Origin: Eledone cirrhosa
Taxonomy: Eukaryota
Direction: 5' to 3'
Length of the DNA: 64,000 nt
Assembly (NCBI GenBank): GCA_964016885.1
Contig: OZ024750.1
Span: 46,562,001-46,626,000 of the forward strand
Shown here: positions 45,401-64,000 of the stretch, piece by piece
How the letters are laid out: the number at the start of each line of letters is the position of its first letter
How positions within the stretch are numbered: the first letter of the stretch is position 1
The notes under the pieces: model-generated
What the model saw: only the letters and a program-made list of their open reading frames with translations
What the model was told of the DNA's origin: nothing
Databases searched by the model: none
Translations under genes and position numbers: made by a program

Positions 45401-45927
45401 TATCTCTCTAGGGCGGGTAAAATTCGCGAGATCCATGGACGAGTTGTCTCCAGCGGTCTCTGTCCCTCATTCTCCAAGAGACCAGTGTCTGTCCTTAGGG
45501 CATCAACATATGTTAACCTCGGTCTTCCTCTTCCAGTGTGTCAATGCAGTGTGTCCGTTACCTTTAAAACCCATACCGAAATACACCAGACAGAATGAGA
45601 TACCATAATAACTAAACGTTTCGTAGACAAATCACCCAAGGAATCCCGGATAAACCCACTACATAAGGATATATCTCTGAAAACAACATCTCTTTACATG
45701 AGTGGGCCAAAGTGTCAAAAAATGAGTAGTTTGTGAACCTATAATCTGAAAGATTTTGCCAGGTGGTGCTATTGAGTAACACATGGTCTGGCTAACCCTG
45801 GCCGTAACGTATCAACATTTATCAAACACACACACATATACACACATACACAAACACACACCACACATATATACTAAATATAAAGAAATATAAATATATA
45901 TGGGTATATATATATATATATATACAT

Positions 45928-46762
<835 letters not shown>

Positions 46763-46829
46763 AAGCTAGCGTTAATCCCTTGTAATTTAATGACCTCAAG
46801 GAATCGATACCAGGCTCTTTATACTACAG

Positions 46830-47323
46830 TATATAGAGAAGAAAACACAAATAGGTATGTATTCTATTATAGGAGATAGAAAACAACTAAAGTGAAAAAC
46901 AAAGTTTACGAAAGGAATGGAACATACATATCAATTAAAAGAATAAATCAAAATGAACAAACCAAAGTTTTATAACTATAAACACCTGGACAAACTCTAG
47001 TAAGAGAATGTTTGGCCATACAAAGTGTGGATCCGATTGCGCTCAGAGCTTGTCAACAGGTGTGATACACTTCTGATGTAATTTTATAAGTGTGGATCAT
47101 ACAGTTTTACACCAGTTGACAAGCCATAACTGGTAGAGATCCTCACATTCGCTGCTTAGAGTTTGTCCAGGTGTTTATAGTTATAAAATGTTTTTTGTGC
47201 ATTTTGATTTATTCTTTTAATTGATATATATTTTATATTCCTTTCGTGAACTTTGTTTTCTACTGTAGTTGTTTTCTATCCCCTATCATTGAGCATATAC
47301 CTGTGTGGGTTTTCTTTTCTATA
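46830..47323. mobile_element. Old fold-back element (about 175-bp diverged arms)
   Basis: ataactataaacacctggacaaactcta / tagagtttgtccaggtgtttatagttat. Confidence 0.75.
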
Positions 47324-47463
47324 AAAAAAATCTAAAGCCAGAAGGATTATTTGGCCGGTGCTTAAACCGGTTATATGGCGTGAAGCGACTGAGAGTACAA
47401 TACCCCCCCCCCGGACAGGACGCCGGTCCAACGCCCTTACCACATTTCTTCTCTATACACTGC

Positions 47464-47522
<59 letters not shown>

Positions 47523-47525
47523 TTT

Positions 47526-47861
<336 letters not shown>

Positions 47862-48553
47862 CATTATCGGAGAAAGCTTTTAGCGATACTCCGGCCAAAT
47901 TCCAACTCACTCAACAAACATTAGGAAATAAGTGAGTATATTACTAATTAAACGTTCGGGGTGCTAACTAAATGTATTGTGTGGAAAATTGGGTGTATTA
48001 TTTCATATAAGACATATCGAATATATATATATATATATATATATATGAAAATAGAGAAATTAATGTAAGCAAAAAGTCGACAATAATTCAGACATATAAG
48101 TGACTATAACATCAAGATGAAAAATGTTTAACGTAAGATATGGGATAAATAATTCAATCTTAATTCAAAACAAGACAAAAAGAATAATTTTATCCTCATA
48201 CTTTGTGTAAGCTGGGGAAAAAACCAATACAATCTTAACTCAAAATAAAATCAAGAAGAAATACATAACCTTCAATTTGGGGAAATATATATATTGGAAA
48301 ATGTGTGAGATCCTTGGTACAGTTAGGTATATTTGAAAAAAAGGAAAATAATGACTTCACTTGTAGTGCTCAATAATTTGATTTAATTTTATAGAGAAGT
48401 TTATCGCATTTGCTTGAGTGTTGAATACTTGTCGCGAGTTCCTGTGCAGTTGGTCTCGCTTGGGGACAGGACCCACTAAGGAATAAGTGGGCAAAGAAGA
48501 AGGTTGAATATATTTCCTCCGATGTTTCACATACACACACACACACACACACA

Positions 48554-48651
<98 letters not shown>

Positions 48652-49460
48652 TGTATGTATATGTGTGTATCAAATACTGGATTTATATATATATAAACAC
48701 ACACAAACACATACACACGTATATATATGAGTAGGAGTCACGACAAACAGCACTCAGCACACACTGTAAATGAGGTTAACATTAGGAAGGGATTCCAGCC
48801 GTAGAAATCTAACCAGAAACACTTCTAGCAAGACACAGTCACCTGACACAACTTTCCTGTAATGGGACGACCCGTCTAACCAATGCAAGCGTGGAAATTG
48901 GATGTTAAACGAGGATGATGATATATACATACATACAAGCACATATACACACACATGTATATATGTTTCAGCAACACTAATAGTTTGTGAAATGAAAGTG
49001 TACTTGCAGGCTACTGTGGAGAATATACGAATGAAAGCTCCCATCAAGCAACAGACTCCAGCACTAATGAGGAACTTGACAAATCTAAGGCCAGTTGGAA
49101 GGGGAGAGGACTCTACCAGCACTGGGTCGATATTTTTTTTTTATCAAACCCAAAAGGCAAAGAGCACCGTTGCAGGGTTTGAACTTAGAACACATAAATT
49201 CGGGGATCAATATTCAACATTCTAGCAAATGCGAGGAGGTTCTCCAAGAAAGTTAACCAGGAATCTTTAAAATTCTTCCCACCGAAATTAACAAAGAACT
49301 TACTACATCTACCAACTCATAATATTATAATATTATAAAGTAAAGTCATGCTTTACCATTTTTTTCAAATAAGCGATTCTTTGCTTAAACTTTAATCTGT
49401 TATTTTAATAAATAAATAAATATATATGTGTGTATATATATATATTTATATATATATATA

Positions 49461-50748
49461 TACGATATTAAATAAATGGAAACTATATTTATAAAACCAT
49501 ATTTATTTCATTATATATATTTCAGGGATATCATATTAACAATATGTTATGCCTTCTTCAGACAAAATACAATATAGACAGTTTTATAGATAAATAGATT
49601 TGACATACCGTTCAACATCGACTTGTATTTGAAAAAGTTGATTTGGCAGTGAAAAATTGTAAACAGAAAGAAAGAAAGAACACATAGGTATCACTCAATT
49701 TTCAATAGACATACTATAAAATTAACCTACTCATCCACCAAAAATTTAGCACAAAATATTAATAGAATAAATAATAGGAACTTAAAACCTAGCGATAATA
49801 GCATAAATAATATACAATTTAACAAATGTAACTGTAGAGATAGATCTAAATGTCCGTTAAATAACAACTGCTTAGTTAAAAATATAATATACAACTGTAA
49901 TGTTAAAACGGACTCTAATTCTTTTAACTACGTCGGTTCCACATCGACGGAATTTAAACTTCGCTATAATAACCACAAGAATTCTTTCACAGATCCAAGC
50001 AAAAAATCTTCAACAGCACTATCAGGCGTACTCTGGCAACTTAGGCAAGATAACGTTAGATATTCGACGGCTTGGAATATAGTCTCAAGAGGTATTCCTT
50101 TTAATTCATCCTCTGAGACATGTGACCTCTGCGCGGAGGAGATATTCTTTATACTAAAATCTAAAAATTCCCTTAATCTACGGACAAATTTATTCAGTTG
50201 CTGCAAACATAGATTGAACTCAACTTTTAAATATAAATTTAAATTTAAAATGTAGTATATTTAGTTTGATTTGTAATTATTTGGGAAACTAGCCGATAAA
50301 TCTTTCGATTTCTTCTTTTTATTCTTCTTTTTATTTTTATTTTTATTTTAAACATTCTTCATGAAAAATTAAACTACCCTAAAAGTTGATGCTCCAAAAT
50401 ATATCGAATAAACGTTACACTAGATAAACTTCTATATTAAATATAAGAACATATGTAGACCAAATGGGCATCCTAAACTTTTGAAATGATTTCTGCTAGA
50501 CGCGATTTGGTAAATAATTTTTAGCTTTATCTCTTTTCGACTCTGATGCTTATAATGAACTTGGCAATATATTGTCAATTAATTTTGAAGGGTTGATCTT
50601 TGTGGTCGATTTGCGTGGCATATTATGTTTTTATTTTTATTATTTTAATAATTTTAATATTTTTAAATATTTTTTAATATTTTTTAATATTTTTAATATT
50701 TTCATTTTTAATATGTAATATTTTTTAGTTTTCTATTTTATTTATTTG

Positions 50749-50817
<69 letters not shown>

Positions 50818-51866
50818 TTTTGTTTTTGTTTCTGATATTTTTATTAATATATTGAAATCTGTTCTCTATTTCTGCTTGATAGATAATCATGTAGAGTAAA
50901 GACAAGAATAATATTGTTAAAATTAATATAGACTCTATATATATGTGTATATATACACATATATGTATACTTAAATTTTTATAGCACATTGAGAATGTTC
51001 TCCGTGTGAAATAGGGGTTTGCAGAGTTGATCACGTAAATTTACATCGTTGTTTGTAGTTATCATATAAACATATGAATTTTTAAAACTAGACATAAGAT
51101 CATTACTTTTCACACATTATAGATACGTGTCTCATTCAGGAATATTGATATTTACATTATAGTGCCTGGTTTTTATACGAACTAATATTTCTACATTAAA
51201 ACATAGGGTTTTTAAATTCTGCCTCGCCTATGTCTGGCTACTTTTCATTTTTCTCTCTATATAACGGCTGGTTTATTTCCTAACCACATATATCTCCCTT
51301 ACATTAATACTACAGCTAAATAAATAAATAAATAAATAAATGTATCATTGATACGTCGTTCAACTACCTACTTTTCTCTCTATATATCTATCTCTATCTA
51401 TTTCCTCTCTCTATATATCTCTCTCTGTTTCTTTACATGAAGTTCTTCTCTTTATCTATCTTTCCATCTCTCTATTTTGTTGCATGCATTTCTTCTTTTT
51501 CTTCTTTTTCTTCGTTTTCTTTCTTTCTTTCCTTCGTTTTCTTTCTTTCTTTCCTTCTTTCTTTCTTTCTTTCTTTCTGTTTACAATTTTTCACTGCCAA
51601 ATCAACTTTTTCAAATACAAGTCGATGTTGAACGGTATGTCAAATCTATTTATCTATAAAATTGTCTATATTGTATTTTGTCTGAAGAAGGCATAACATA
51701 TTGTTAATATGATATCCCTGAAATATATATAATGAAATAAATATGGTTTTATAAATATAGTTTCCATTTATTTAATATCGTAAATATACTCCAAATACTT
51801 GTTGAGTGCTTTTATATCAGTTATAAATATTTACTAGTTGTAACCCAACAATTTAAATATAACTTT

Positions 51867-51868
<2 letters not shown>
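49461..51868 (+). mobile_element. Penelope-like element B, 5'-truncated with an inverted pLTR at the 5' end
   Basis: 49461-49680 is the reverse complement of about 51563-51782; GIY-YIG ORF; about 1.5-kb AT-rich 3' region; HHR at 51676-51737 with mirror at 49506-49567; 85-nt tail then (TA)n. Confidence 0.9.
49683..50255 (+). pseudogene. PLE linker plus GIY-YIG endonuclease, 190 codons without a start codon (absent from the ORF track)
   Basis: Hand translation: HRYHSIFNRHTIKLTYSST..NKCNCRDRSKCPLNNNCLVKNIIYNC..NYVGSTSTEFKLRYNNHKNSF..STALSGVLWQL..CDLCAEE..CCKHR; collinear with the 15075 ORF. Confidence 0.9.
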
Positions 51869-51952
<84 letters not shown>

Positions 51953-51954
<2 letters not shown>

Positions 51955-52975
51955 CATTTCTCACTCTTAGTACGGCTGTTACTTAAATATAAGTATGTAT
52001 ACGTACATACATACATGTATACAGACGTACAGTAGTATGTATATATATATATACATACATGCACACATATATATATATGTACGTATGGATTCACCGAACA
52101 TTTATTATAATGCTCGGTGGGTTTGTAAACAAACATCCCGAATTAAGCCGTACAGTGTTTAGCAACCATCGTTGCTCTTTTGTTCAACACTGACAAAGGA
52201 ACGATGTACTAGTTTCAAGTTTATTAGCTATCGTCAGCACCGTATACCTTCCTGCCAGATGATTGAACGTCTGAAAATATATACTTTCCTTATGCATATT
52301 ACCGGCTGAGCAGCCTAATTTGCATATTGAGTGAGTTAATCGGCCGGGCGCACTGAAAACGATAAACGGAAAAAATGAAACGAAATTTCATTTCTCACTC
52401 TTAGTACGGCTGTTATTAAATATAAGTATGTATACGTACATACATACATGTATACAGACGTACAGTAGTATGTATATACATATACATACATGCACACATA
52501 TATATATGTACGTATGGATTCACCGTACATTTATTATAATGCTCGGTGTGTTTGTAAACAAACACCACGAATTAAACCGTACAGTGTTTTCATTTTTTCC
52601 GTTTATCGTTTTCGGTGCGCCCGGCCGATTAACTCACTCGATATGCAAATTAGGCTGCTCAGCCGTTAATATACATGAGGAAAGTATATACTTTCAGACG
52701 TTCAATCATCTGGCAGGAAGGTATACGGTGTTGGCGATAGCTAATAAGCTTGTAACAAGTACATCGTTCCTTTGTCAGTGTTCAACAGAAGATCTACGAT
52801 GGTTGCTAAACACTGTACGGCTAAATTCGGGATGTTTGTTTACAAACACACCGAGCATTATAATAAATGTTCGGTGAATCCATACGTACATATATATATG
52901 TGTGCATGAATGTATGTATATATACATACTACTGTACGTCTGTATATATGTATATATGTACGTATACATACTAAT
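51953..52975. mobile_element. Family R: 1.5 units on minus plus an inverted unit on plus; intact HHR at 52201-52243 (minus), decayed HHR at 52725-52767 (plus)
   Basis: Homology to the 424-bp unit; inversion near 52588. Confidence 0.85.
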
Positions 52976-52991
52976 ATATATATATGTAAAC

Positions 52992-53257
52992 AATATTTCG
53001 TATCTCCAAAGAAATACAGTTTTAGGAAACCGTAGTTATGCAAACACCGGGGGGCTAACGCCCTCTGGTGATGTCCAGCAGAAGCAAGGGGGACAACCGT
53101 CTATGCATTTCAGGCTTAATTGGCCTTCGTCAGGACGGTCCCTCCTGTAGACGGTTGTCTCCCTTGCTTCTGCTGGACATCACCAGAGAGTTAAGCCCCC
53201 GGTGTTTGCATAGCTACGGCTTCCTAAACTGTATTTCTTTGGAGATAAGAAATATTT
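52992..53257. mobile_element. Fold-back element (family G) with an HHR at the hinge
   Basis: About 110-bp arms. Confidence 0.8.
53096..53139 (-). ncRNA. Minimal type I hammerhead ribozyme
   Basis: ACCGUC CUGACGA AGGC caauuaa GCCU GAAA UGCA UA GACGGU; 6-bp stem I and palindromic AUGCAU. Confidence 0.85.
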
Positions 53258-53293
53258 ATATAAATTGTATAAAGTTATGCTTGAAGCGAAATG

Positions 53294-53350
<57 letters not shown>

Positions 53351-54029
53351 CAAATCTTTATCGAGTTAAGAACATTATTTAAAAAAAAAAATGTATTCTT
53401 TTCCGTTTTCATATTGTTCACATAGTTGTAGACTTTTTTCAAGATTTTCTTTAGTTTTATATATATGATTAGGTATAATAAACTCAAGAGATGCTCTCGT
53501 GTGATTACAGTACTAAACATATAGTATATGTTTTTATATACACATTTATTAAATTATATAGATAAATAGATATATGGCAACATTGTATGTAATTAGTAGT
53601 ATTTCATTTATCACAACCAGAATATGAAGCACGCCAAATATTTTGTCATTCTGTGATAAAACAAATAACAAAGAAAAATTTATGTACGTAGTACATATAA
53701 GAAATAAACGAAAGCAGGAGATATTTTTGAACATTATGTTTTATTATACACTGATAGACTCTTGTGACGCATAAGAATTGTAGTGTAGGTCAAGTGCAGT
53801 GGACACCTGACAAGGTAATGTAGTGGAGGTGGAGAAATAGGAGGAGGCAAAGGACATACAATTTAGGGGCTAACGGCAATAGAAGACAAACATAGGAAAC
53901 AAAAGGACATAACAAATGGGACAACGAGTAATATATATATATATACGTATATCAAGAGAAGACAAAACGAACACGGCATCCAGTTAGCAACGCCACAATT
54001 ATCTTTCCTATATTTTTTCATTATTGTTC

Positions 54030-54618
<589 letters not shown>

Positions 54619-54899
54619 GGCGTGTTAAGGCACTTGGTCTTTCCAATCTTTTCAGAGCAGCTTGTGACGAGCTAATAATGATAGATTTTTGATGCCATCC
54701 CCTAATCCAATTATTGATACAAATTCCAATGCCGGATTGAAATACTTGAATGTATTGGCTTTCGATCACTTAAGCACCATCACACAGAATATCTAGTAGA
54801 CGAATTTTAATAGCGTATGAAGTGGCATAATATCTACATAGATACATACATATGTATATATACATACACACATATATATATTATATATATGTACATATA

Positions 54900-56975
<2,076 letters not shown>

Positions 56976-58506
56976 ATGAGCACACACACACGCACACAAA
57001 CAGACACACACACACGAGTATATACGCTTGCATTTATACACCGACATGCATATATTCATGAACCAGAAGAATAAGTTCTTCATAGATAAAAGGTGATTCA
57101 TTTATACTTCACTGTTTACATTTACCTTAGCTAAAAGATTATAAAACCGGAACGTTGTCACATATGTGTGTGTATGTGTGTGTGTGCTTGTGTGTGTGTA
57201 TGTGTGTGTGTTTGAAATCGACTGATATAGTAAAATACCACCTGAAGTAAGATTCAATAGGATTAGTAGAATATTCTCTTAGCTAATTCAAAGATACAGG
57301 CATGAGGCAATATGAAAGATTTACGTTAACATTTATCTCTTTTCACAGGCTTAATAATTACGTCAATATAAGCAATAAGAACATTTCAATACATTTCCAA
57401 AGTCTTTACAATCCGAACAAATTCTGAGTTGATTTTGTAAATGAATAAATGAATGAAGTAGAATTAGAAGAAACACATAAAAATGAAGTATAGAAATTAA
57501 AATGAATAACTGAATGGCTTATGAAACAAAGAAAACCGAAAAGAAAGCTTCCTTGGGTGGTTAGGTCAATAGCTATTATTTTCGGAAAGAATTTCTATTA
57601 ATTTCAAAACCAATTTCATTACTGATATAATTAATGCTTGAAATTTCATAACTATTAAAAGTAATTAAAAAGAAAATCAAATAAAGTTACATAATTTCGA
57701 CACTTAAAACTTATAACATTTTTATTTCCTCCCGCTAAACTTTTGGCAAGATCGGCAGAGGTTAATTGTAGGATTTCTTTGTCATATTAAGTGGACCCAA
57801 GATTTACAGAAAAAAAGAAAAAAACTGATATAATATATATAATCATTTTATATTCATAGTATGTTTGTCTTTGAGCAACCGATGTCTTTGTTAAATATTG
57901 AACTGTATAGAACACATCATGTCTCCCACAAATGTTATGAAGTGTTTACAGCTCACATAGGTCGACGAAATTCCAACTTTTTAAATATCTGCAATGTTAA
58001 AGCAACACATATCTCTCAGTTTCACTTCTAAAACAACAATATTAAACGATCTGCTATTATTGATATCATTGTATAGCAAGGACATAGGCGAAATAATTAT
58101 TTATATAAAAAAAGCTGTACCAAATTATTCGACGCTTAACAGAGACACAAACATTATGTCTCGTGCTAATACTGCCAGAGGTATAAACAATGAAACCAAT
58201 AGAAAATGTAAATGATAAAACCAGCAATCAAAATGTTTCATTCTAATAACCTGGCGCTCATCTATAATCTTACAGAGCTACATTCTCGCGACCAATAGAG
58301 TATTTAGACGTTAATGTTGAGTAAATCAATTTAGTATCTGCACATAGAAGCGTTTGGTATATTAAAATAATATCAAGCTGTATAATTATATATCCGAAGT
58401 TTCATGTCTCACTCTTTCCCCACATCGTCCTGTCTCTTTCATTCTTTATCCCTCAGACTCTCACTCTCTTTCTAACTCTCTTTCTCTAACTCTCTCTCTC
58501 TATGTA

Positions 58507-58585
<79 letters not shown>

Positions 58586-58595
58586 ATACATACAC

Positions 58596-58626
<31 letters not shown>

Positions 58627-58670
58627 TGCATATACACATATATATACATATATATACATATATATATATA

Positions 58671-58713
<43 letters not shown>

Positions 58714-58790
58714 TTATTATATATATTTGATATATATTTACCCTTATCGAGCCCTCTTTGGATTTTAGTCTTCAAATTTATTATTATTAC

Positions 58791-59292
<502 letters not shown>

Positions 59293-59330
59293 TAATCTTC
59301 TATACACAATCATACACACCCGTGTATATT

Positions 59331-59492
<162 letters not shown>

Positions 59493-59517
59493 AGGACATG
59501 CTCCGAAATCAATAGAC

Positions 59518-59605
59518 GTGTCCGAGGAACCTGCGAGTTTAGAGTCAGGTCGATCCACTCACAGATCGCACCTCGAGCTGTTCGCCTGGGAAACAATTGT
59601 AACAC
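59518..59605 (+). ncRNA. Decayed long-stem-II hammerhead; homolog at 62369-62456 (minus)
   Basis: GUGU CcGAGGA (homolog CUaACGA) ...GAAA CAAUUG UA ACAC; each copy has a different single core mutation. Confidence 0.6.
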
Positions 59606-60312
59606 GCTAAATTGAGATCCGGTGCACCACTGATTATTCATTTTCCATTCTCTCTCTATATATATATATAGATATATGTATATATATATATATTTCCATA
59701 TATATACTTCATATTTTGTGTTAGTTTTGCAGCATTTCTCATCTGAGACGTGTGTTGAAACAGATATTGTTATACATTGGGAAGGTCATTCTGCCAATAC
59801 AATCATATGTACCTGCTGATTTTCGATTTAATTTACTAGAAACTTCCTGTTTGATAGTTAAATAAGCGGATGGTTGTTTATTTTATGACAATGATCAAAA
59901 TAGGTAAACAACCATTCTGTTGTTATGAAATTAACAACCAGAAAGATTTTAAGATATTCAAGTGAAAACCACAGGTGCGTATGTTTGTATTGACTGCACG
60001 ACCCTCCCAATATGCATATGTATATGTATATACATACAGATATATATATATACATAATATGGAAAGCGAAGAATCAGTTATGCATCGGAAGACGATTTAT
60101 AAACGTATTATAATTGTTTCGATCTGTTTGAGGATCGAAGCTGACTCTGGATTCGCAATTTCCTCAGATACTTCTACTCTCCTTCAATTCCTCTTTCTCA
60201 TACTCAAATTCATAAACATCATACTCTGCTCCGAAGGAGCATAGAGTGGTCCACTGACATACCGAATATGGACGCATCCCAGTAACCATATGACATATAT
60301 ATATATTTATAT

Positions 60313-60514
60313 GAACGAGTAGGACACCGACGGCTGAGCTCAAGCCGTTTCGACGGCTAATTCTGGACTAAATTGTTAGTCTAGAATTACCCGTCGAAAC
60401 GGCTTGAGCTCAGCCGTCGGGGCCCTACTCGTTCCTATTACCCACTCTGCTACCCTAAGTATTGAGTACTTTGGTGCGTTATGGTCCATCTGGCTCCTTA
60501 CCATATTTCCTTCG

Positions 60515-60516
<2 letters not shown>
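60313..60516. mobile_element. Family F hairpin element with full tail
   Basis: About 57-bp arms plus an 80-nt tail ending ...tttccttcgtta(TA)n. Confidence 0.82.
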
Positions 60517-60559
<43 letters not shown>

Positions 60560-60784
60560 TGCATTTTACCTAGAAATAACTACTGCAGGATGAGAACTAT
60601 TTCATTCGTAAGAGGTCATCAGGTATGTCCATAAAGATTCCTCATAATATCATACAAACGAAACAATAATAGTCCTGTAGAACTCATTTCTATACCAAAC
60701 ACAGATGCTTATATTCAACAGATATATTGAGTATCTTTTTTAAGTGTGGCCCCCTCGCGTATGCCTACGTGGAATCTACCTATG

Positions 60785-60824
<40 letters not shown>

Positions 60825-60826
<2 letters not shown>

Positions 60827-61286
60827 AGAGCATCGTGCTGCCAACTGTGATTTATGCGAGCAAGAGCTGGAAGAATACGGCAACAATAGAGAGAGGGCTG
60901 AACACTTTCCACCATCGGTACCTTCGAAAGATCCTTCGTGTGTCCTGGCGCGACCGAGTGCGAAACGAGGAGATCATGGGGAGAGTCGAGTCGTGGACGC
61001 TACAGAGAGTGGTCCCGGAGCGTCGGTGCCGTCTGGCTGGCTGCCATACTCTGCGTCTGCCAAATGTACGGCATTCGAAAACAGCGATGTACTGGACTCC
61101 GCCTGGCGGTAAACGGAGGCGGGGTTGCCCAAGGATCACCTGGCGACAAACGTTCCGGAAAGACCAGATGGCAGTCAAGATCACCTGGCACAGTCTCGAA
61201 CAAGTTGCCGCTGATCGTGACCGTTGGCGAGTACTTACTGTTCGATGCGCCGAACGACGCGGTAGAATTTAAGACTAAGACTAAGT
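60825..61286 (+). mobile_element. 5'-truncated RTE-clade LINE 3' end
   Basis: [61 protein letters not shown]; stop at 61272; short (ACTAAG)n tail. Confidence 0.9.
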
Positions 61287-61396
61287 ATATACATATATAG
61301 TATATATATATATATTTGTGTGTGTGTGTGTGGTGTGTGTTTGTGTGTATGGAGTTACATTGTATATATATATATACAAACTTTAATCTCTCTATA

Positions 61397-61451
<55 letters not shown>

Positions 61452-61467
61452 TATATATATATATATG

Positions 61468-61579
<112 letters not shown>

Positions 61580-61907
61580 CAATATCGGAGAAACCTCTTA
61601 GCGAAACTCCGGCCAAATTCCAACTCACTCAACAAGCATTAGGAAATAAGTGATTATATTCGAAATTATGTGTGTGTTCGGGGTGCTAACTAAAAGTATT
61701 GCGTGGAAAATTGGCTGTATTATTTCAAATGAGACATATCTAATATATCTCTTCCCAGACGGACGTCTGGTCTCATTATATATATATATATATTTGAATT
61801 GTCATACTTCTCATAATTATTATATTAGTAAATTAGTAATAATAATAATACTACAACAAACTATATTGAATCATCGAAATACATAAACTGCTATTTAAAT
61901 GGCGTAT

Positions 61908-62157
61908 GTCTGAATTATATAGTTAAATTGCTGAGTAGTGACGTCTGTCTAAATTATTTAAATAGTTACATTGCTGAGGAGTGAAGTCTGTCTAAATTAT
62001 TTAAATAATTAAATTGCTGTGTAGTGACGTCTGTTTGAATTATTTAAATAGTTACATTGCTGAGCAGTGATGTCTATTTGAATTATTTAAATAGTTACAT
62101 TGATGAGCAGTGACGTCTGTCTGAATTATTTAAGTTGTTACATTGTTGAGCAGTGAC
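61908..62157. repeat. 43-bp minisatellite, about 5.8 copies
   Basis: Units start at 61943, 61986, 62029, 62072 and 62115. Confidence 0.92.
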
Positions 62158-62195
62158 GATGTCTTATATGATTCGATAGAAAACCAAGACCTTAA

Positions 62196-62247
<52 letters not shown>

Positions 62248-62458
62248 TCCAGATATAGCCGTCGAAACGGCTTGAGCTCTGCCGTCGGGGTTAAACATTT
62301 TCCTATATATATATATATATATCATATAAAACGAAAAATCAGTGATGCATCTGAACTCAATTTATTGTGTGTTACAATTGTTTCGCCGGCAGACAGCTCG
62401 AGACACGATCATTGTGTGGATCTGTCTGATTCTGCATCTGCAGGTTCGTTAGACACTC

Positions 62459-62562
<104 letters not shown>

Positions 62563-62600
62563 TACACATCTGTGTGTGTTTGTCAGTGTCTATTTATATT

Positions 62601-62631
<31 letters not shown>

Positions 62632-62961
62632 ATATGAATGTATATAAATATGCTATGTAGGGTAATAGATGTGGATCAGCCTGGCATGTTTTACCCCAGG
62701 CGTGAGTATGTGTATAGAATCTGAGCTGAATTTTATGTGAAAAAACAGTAATAACATATATGAAGTAGTCGTGTATAACCTCTATAATTATTACTTACAA
62801 TATATAGTGAATCGAAGATTGTAATAAACAGTGTATTCATCTTAATAACTGTTGTCATATATATATATATATATAGACAGATAAATAACTTACGGAAGGA
62901 AAAAAGGAACATGGTTTAGAAGTTCGTGTGTGATTTTTACTCTTCAATGCAATCAAACACA

Positions 62962-63035
<74 letters not shown>

Positions 63036-63055
63036 ATATATATATACTCTATATA

Positions 63056-63191
63056 TAGGAACCAGTAAGACCCCCGACGGCTGAGCTCAAGCCGTTTCAA
63101 ACGGCTAATTCAGAGTTAGCCGCCGAAACGGCATGAGCTCAGCCGTCGGGGTCTTACTGGTTCCTATTACCCACTCTACTACCCTAAGTAT
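63056..63191. mobile_element. Family F hairpin element truncated by the gap
   Basis: Arms taggaaccagtaagacccc / ggggtcttactggttccta. Confidence 0.8.
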
Positions 63192-63391
63192 NNNNNNNNN
63201 NNNNNNNNNNNNNNNNNNNNNNNNNNNNNNNNNNNNNNNNNNNNNNNNNNNNNNNNNNNNNNNNNNNNNNNNNNNNNNNNNNNNNNNNNNNNNNNNNNNN
63301 NNNNNNNNNNNNNNNNNNNNNNNNNNNNNNNNNNNNNNNNNNNNNNNNNNNNNNNNNNNNNNNNNNNNNNNNNNNNNNNNNNNNNNNNNNN
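63192..63391. other. Assembly gap (200 N)
   Basis: Direct reading. Confidence 1.
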
Positions 63392-63425
63392 GTATTTTAT
63401 AACCAGGTAAAGACTTTAAGCTCAT

Positions 63426-63491
<66 letters not shown>

Positions 63492-63641
63492 ATTTATATA
63501 TATATATTATATTTATATATATTATATATATATATAAGTATAATATATATATATATTTTACAAATATATATATTATATATATTTATTTATATATGTATAT
63601 ATTATTTATTTTATATATATATAATATAAATCTCTTATATA

Positions 63642-63778
<137 letters not shown>

Positions 63779-64000
63779 ATATGTTTATGAGAGAGTATCT
63801 TTGGCTATAAAAGCTGGTGATATAAATCGCAACATAGGGGTAGATTAATGAAGAATTTAATATCCCAGTGTAACTATGACAATAATGTGAAAACCAGGCA
63901 TTTCTTGCTCAAGTCCACTCTTCGAAACTGCGTGAAGTTTGCACGGAAGTACGAAACACTTGGCCTTCGTTTCGAGTCACAATTACAGCTTATATATGAA

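Noticed and set aside
54618-54815. Short unique island between TA tracts
   Set aside because: No convincing ORF, repeat homology or RNA motif seen
61908-62157. CRISPR-like array
   Set aside because: Contiguous tandem units without unique spacers, no cas genes, eukaryotic context
63105-63425. ORFs spanning X residues
   Set aside because: Artefact of the 200-N gap

Overview
AT-rich, microsatellite-saturated eukaryotic DNA with no recognisable host gene exon. The tRNA-derived SINEs resemble octopus SINEs, so an octopod cephalopod genome is inferred (not verified). The window is almost entirely mobile DNA: about 15 SINE copies, non-autonomous Helitrons, a hAT MITE, Tx1/L1, RTE and CR1-like LINE fragments, and four 5'-truncated Penelope-like elements (PLEs) with GIY-YIG endonuclease ORFs of two distinct types. 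Most ORFs in the supplied track are (TA)n/(CA)n artefacts. The main hidden signal is about 30 hammerhead-ribozyme (HHR) motifs, found by eye, from at least 10 unrelated repeat families, nearly all inserted in (TA)n. They include a 5.5-copy 424-bp retrozyme-like array with stem I covariation and one G8-mutant unit, and several families whose stem II is expanded to 60-85 nt while stem III is minimal. Many of these elements share one asymmetric fold-back architecture: a short inverted arm plus a long arm with a family-specific tail. No folding or database searches were run; ribozyme activity is inferred.
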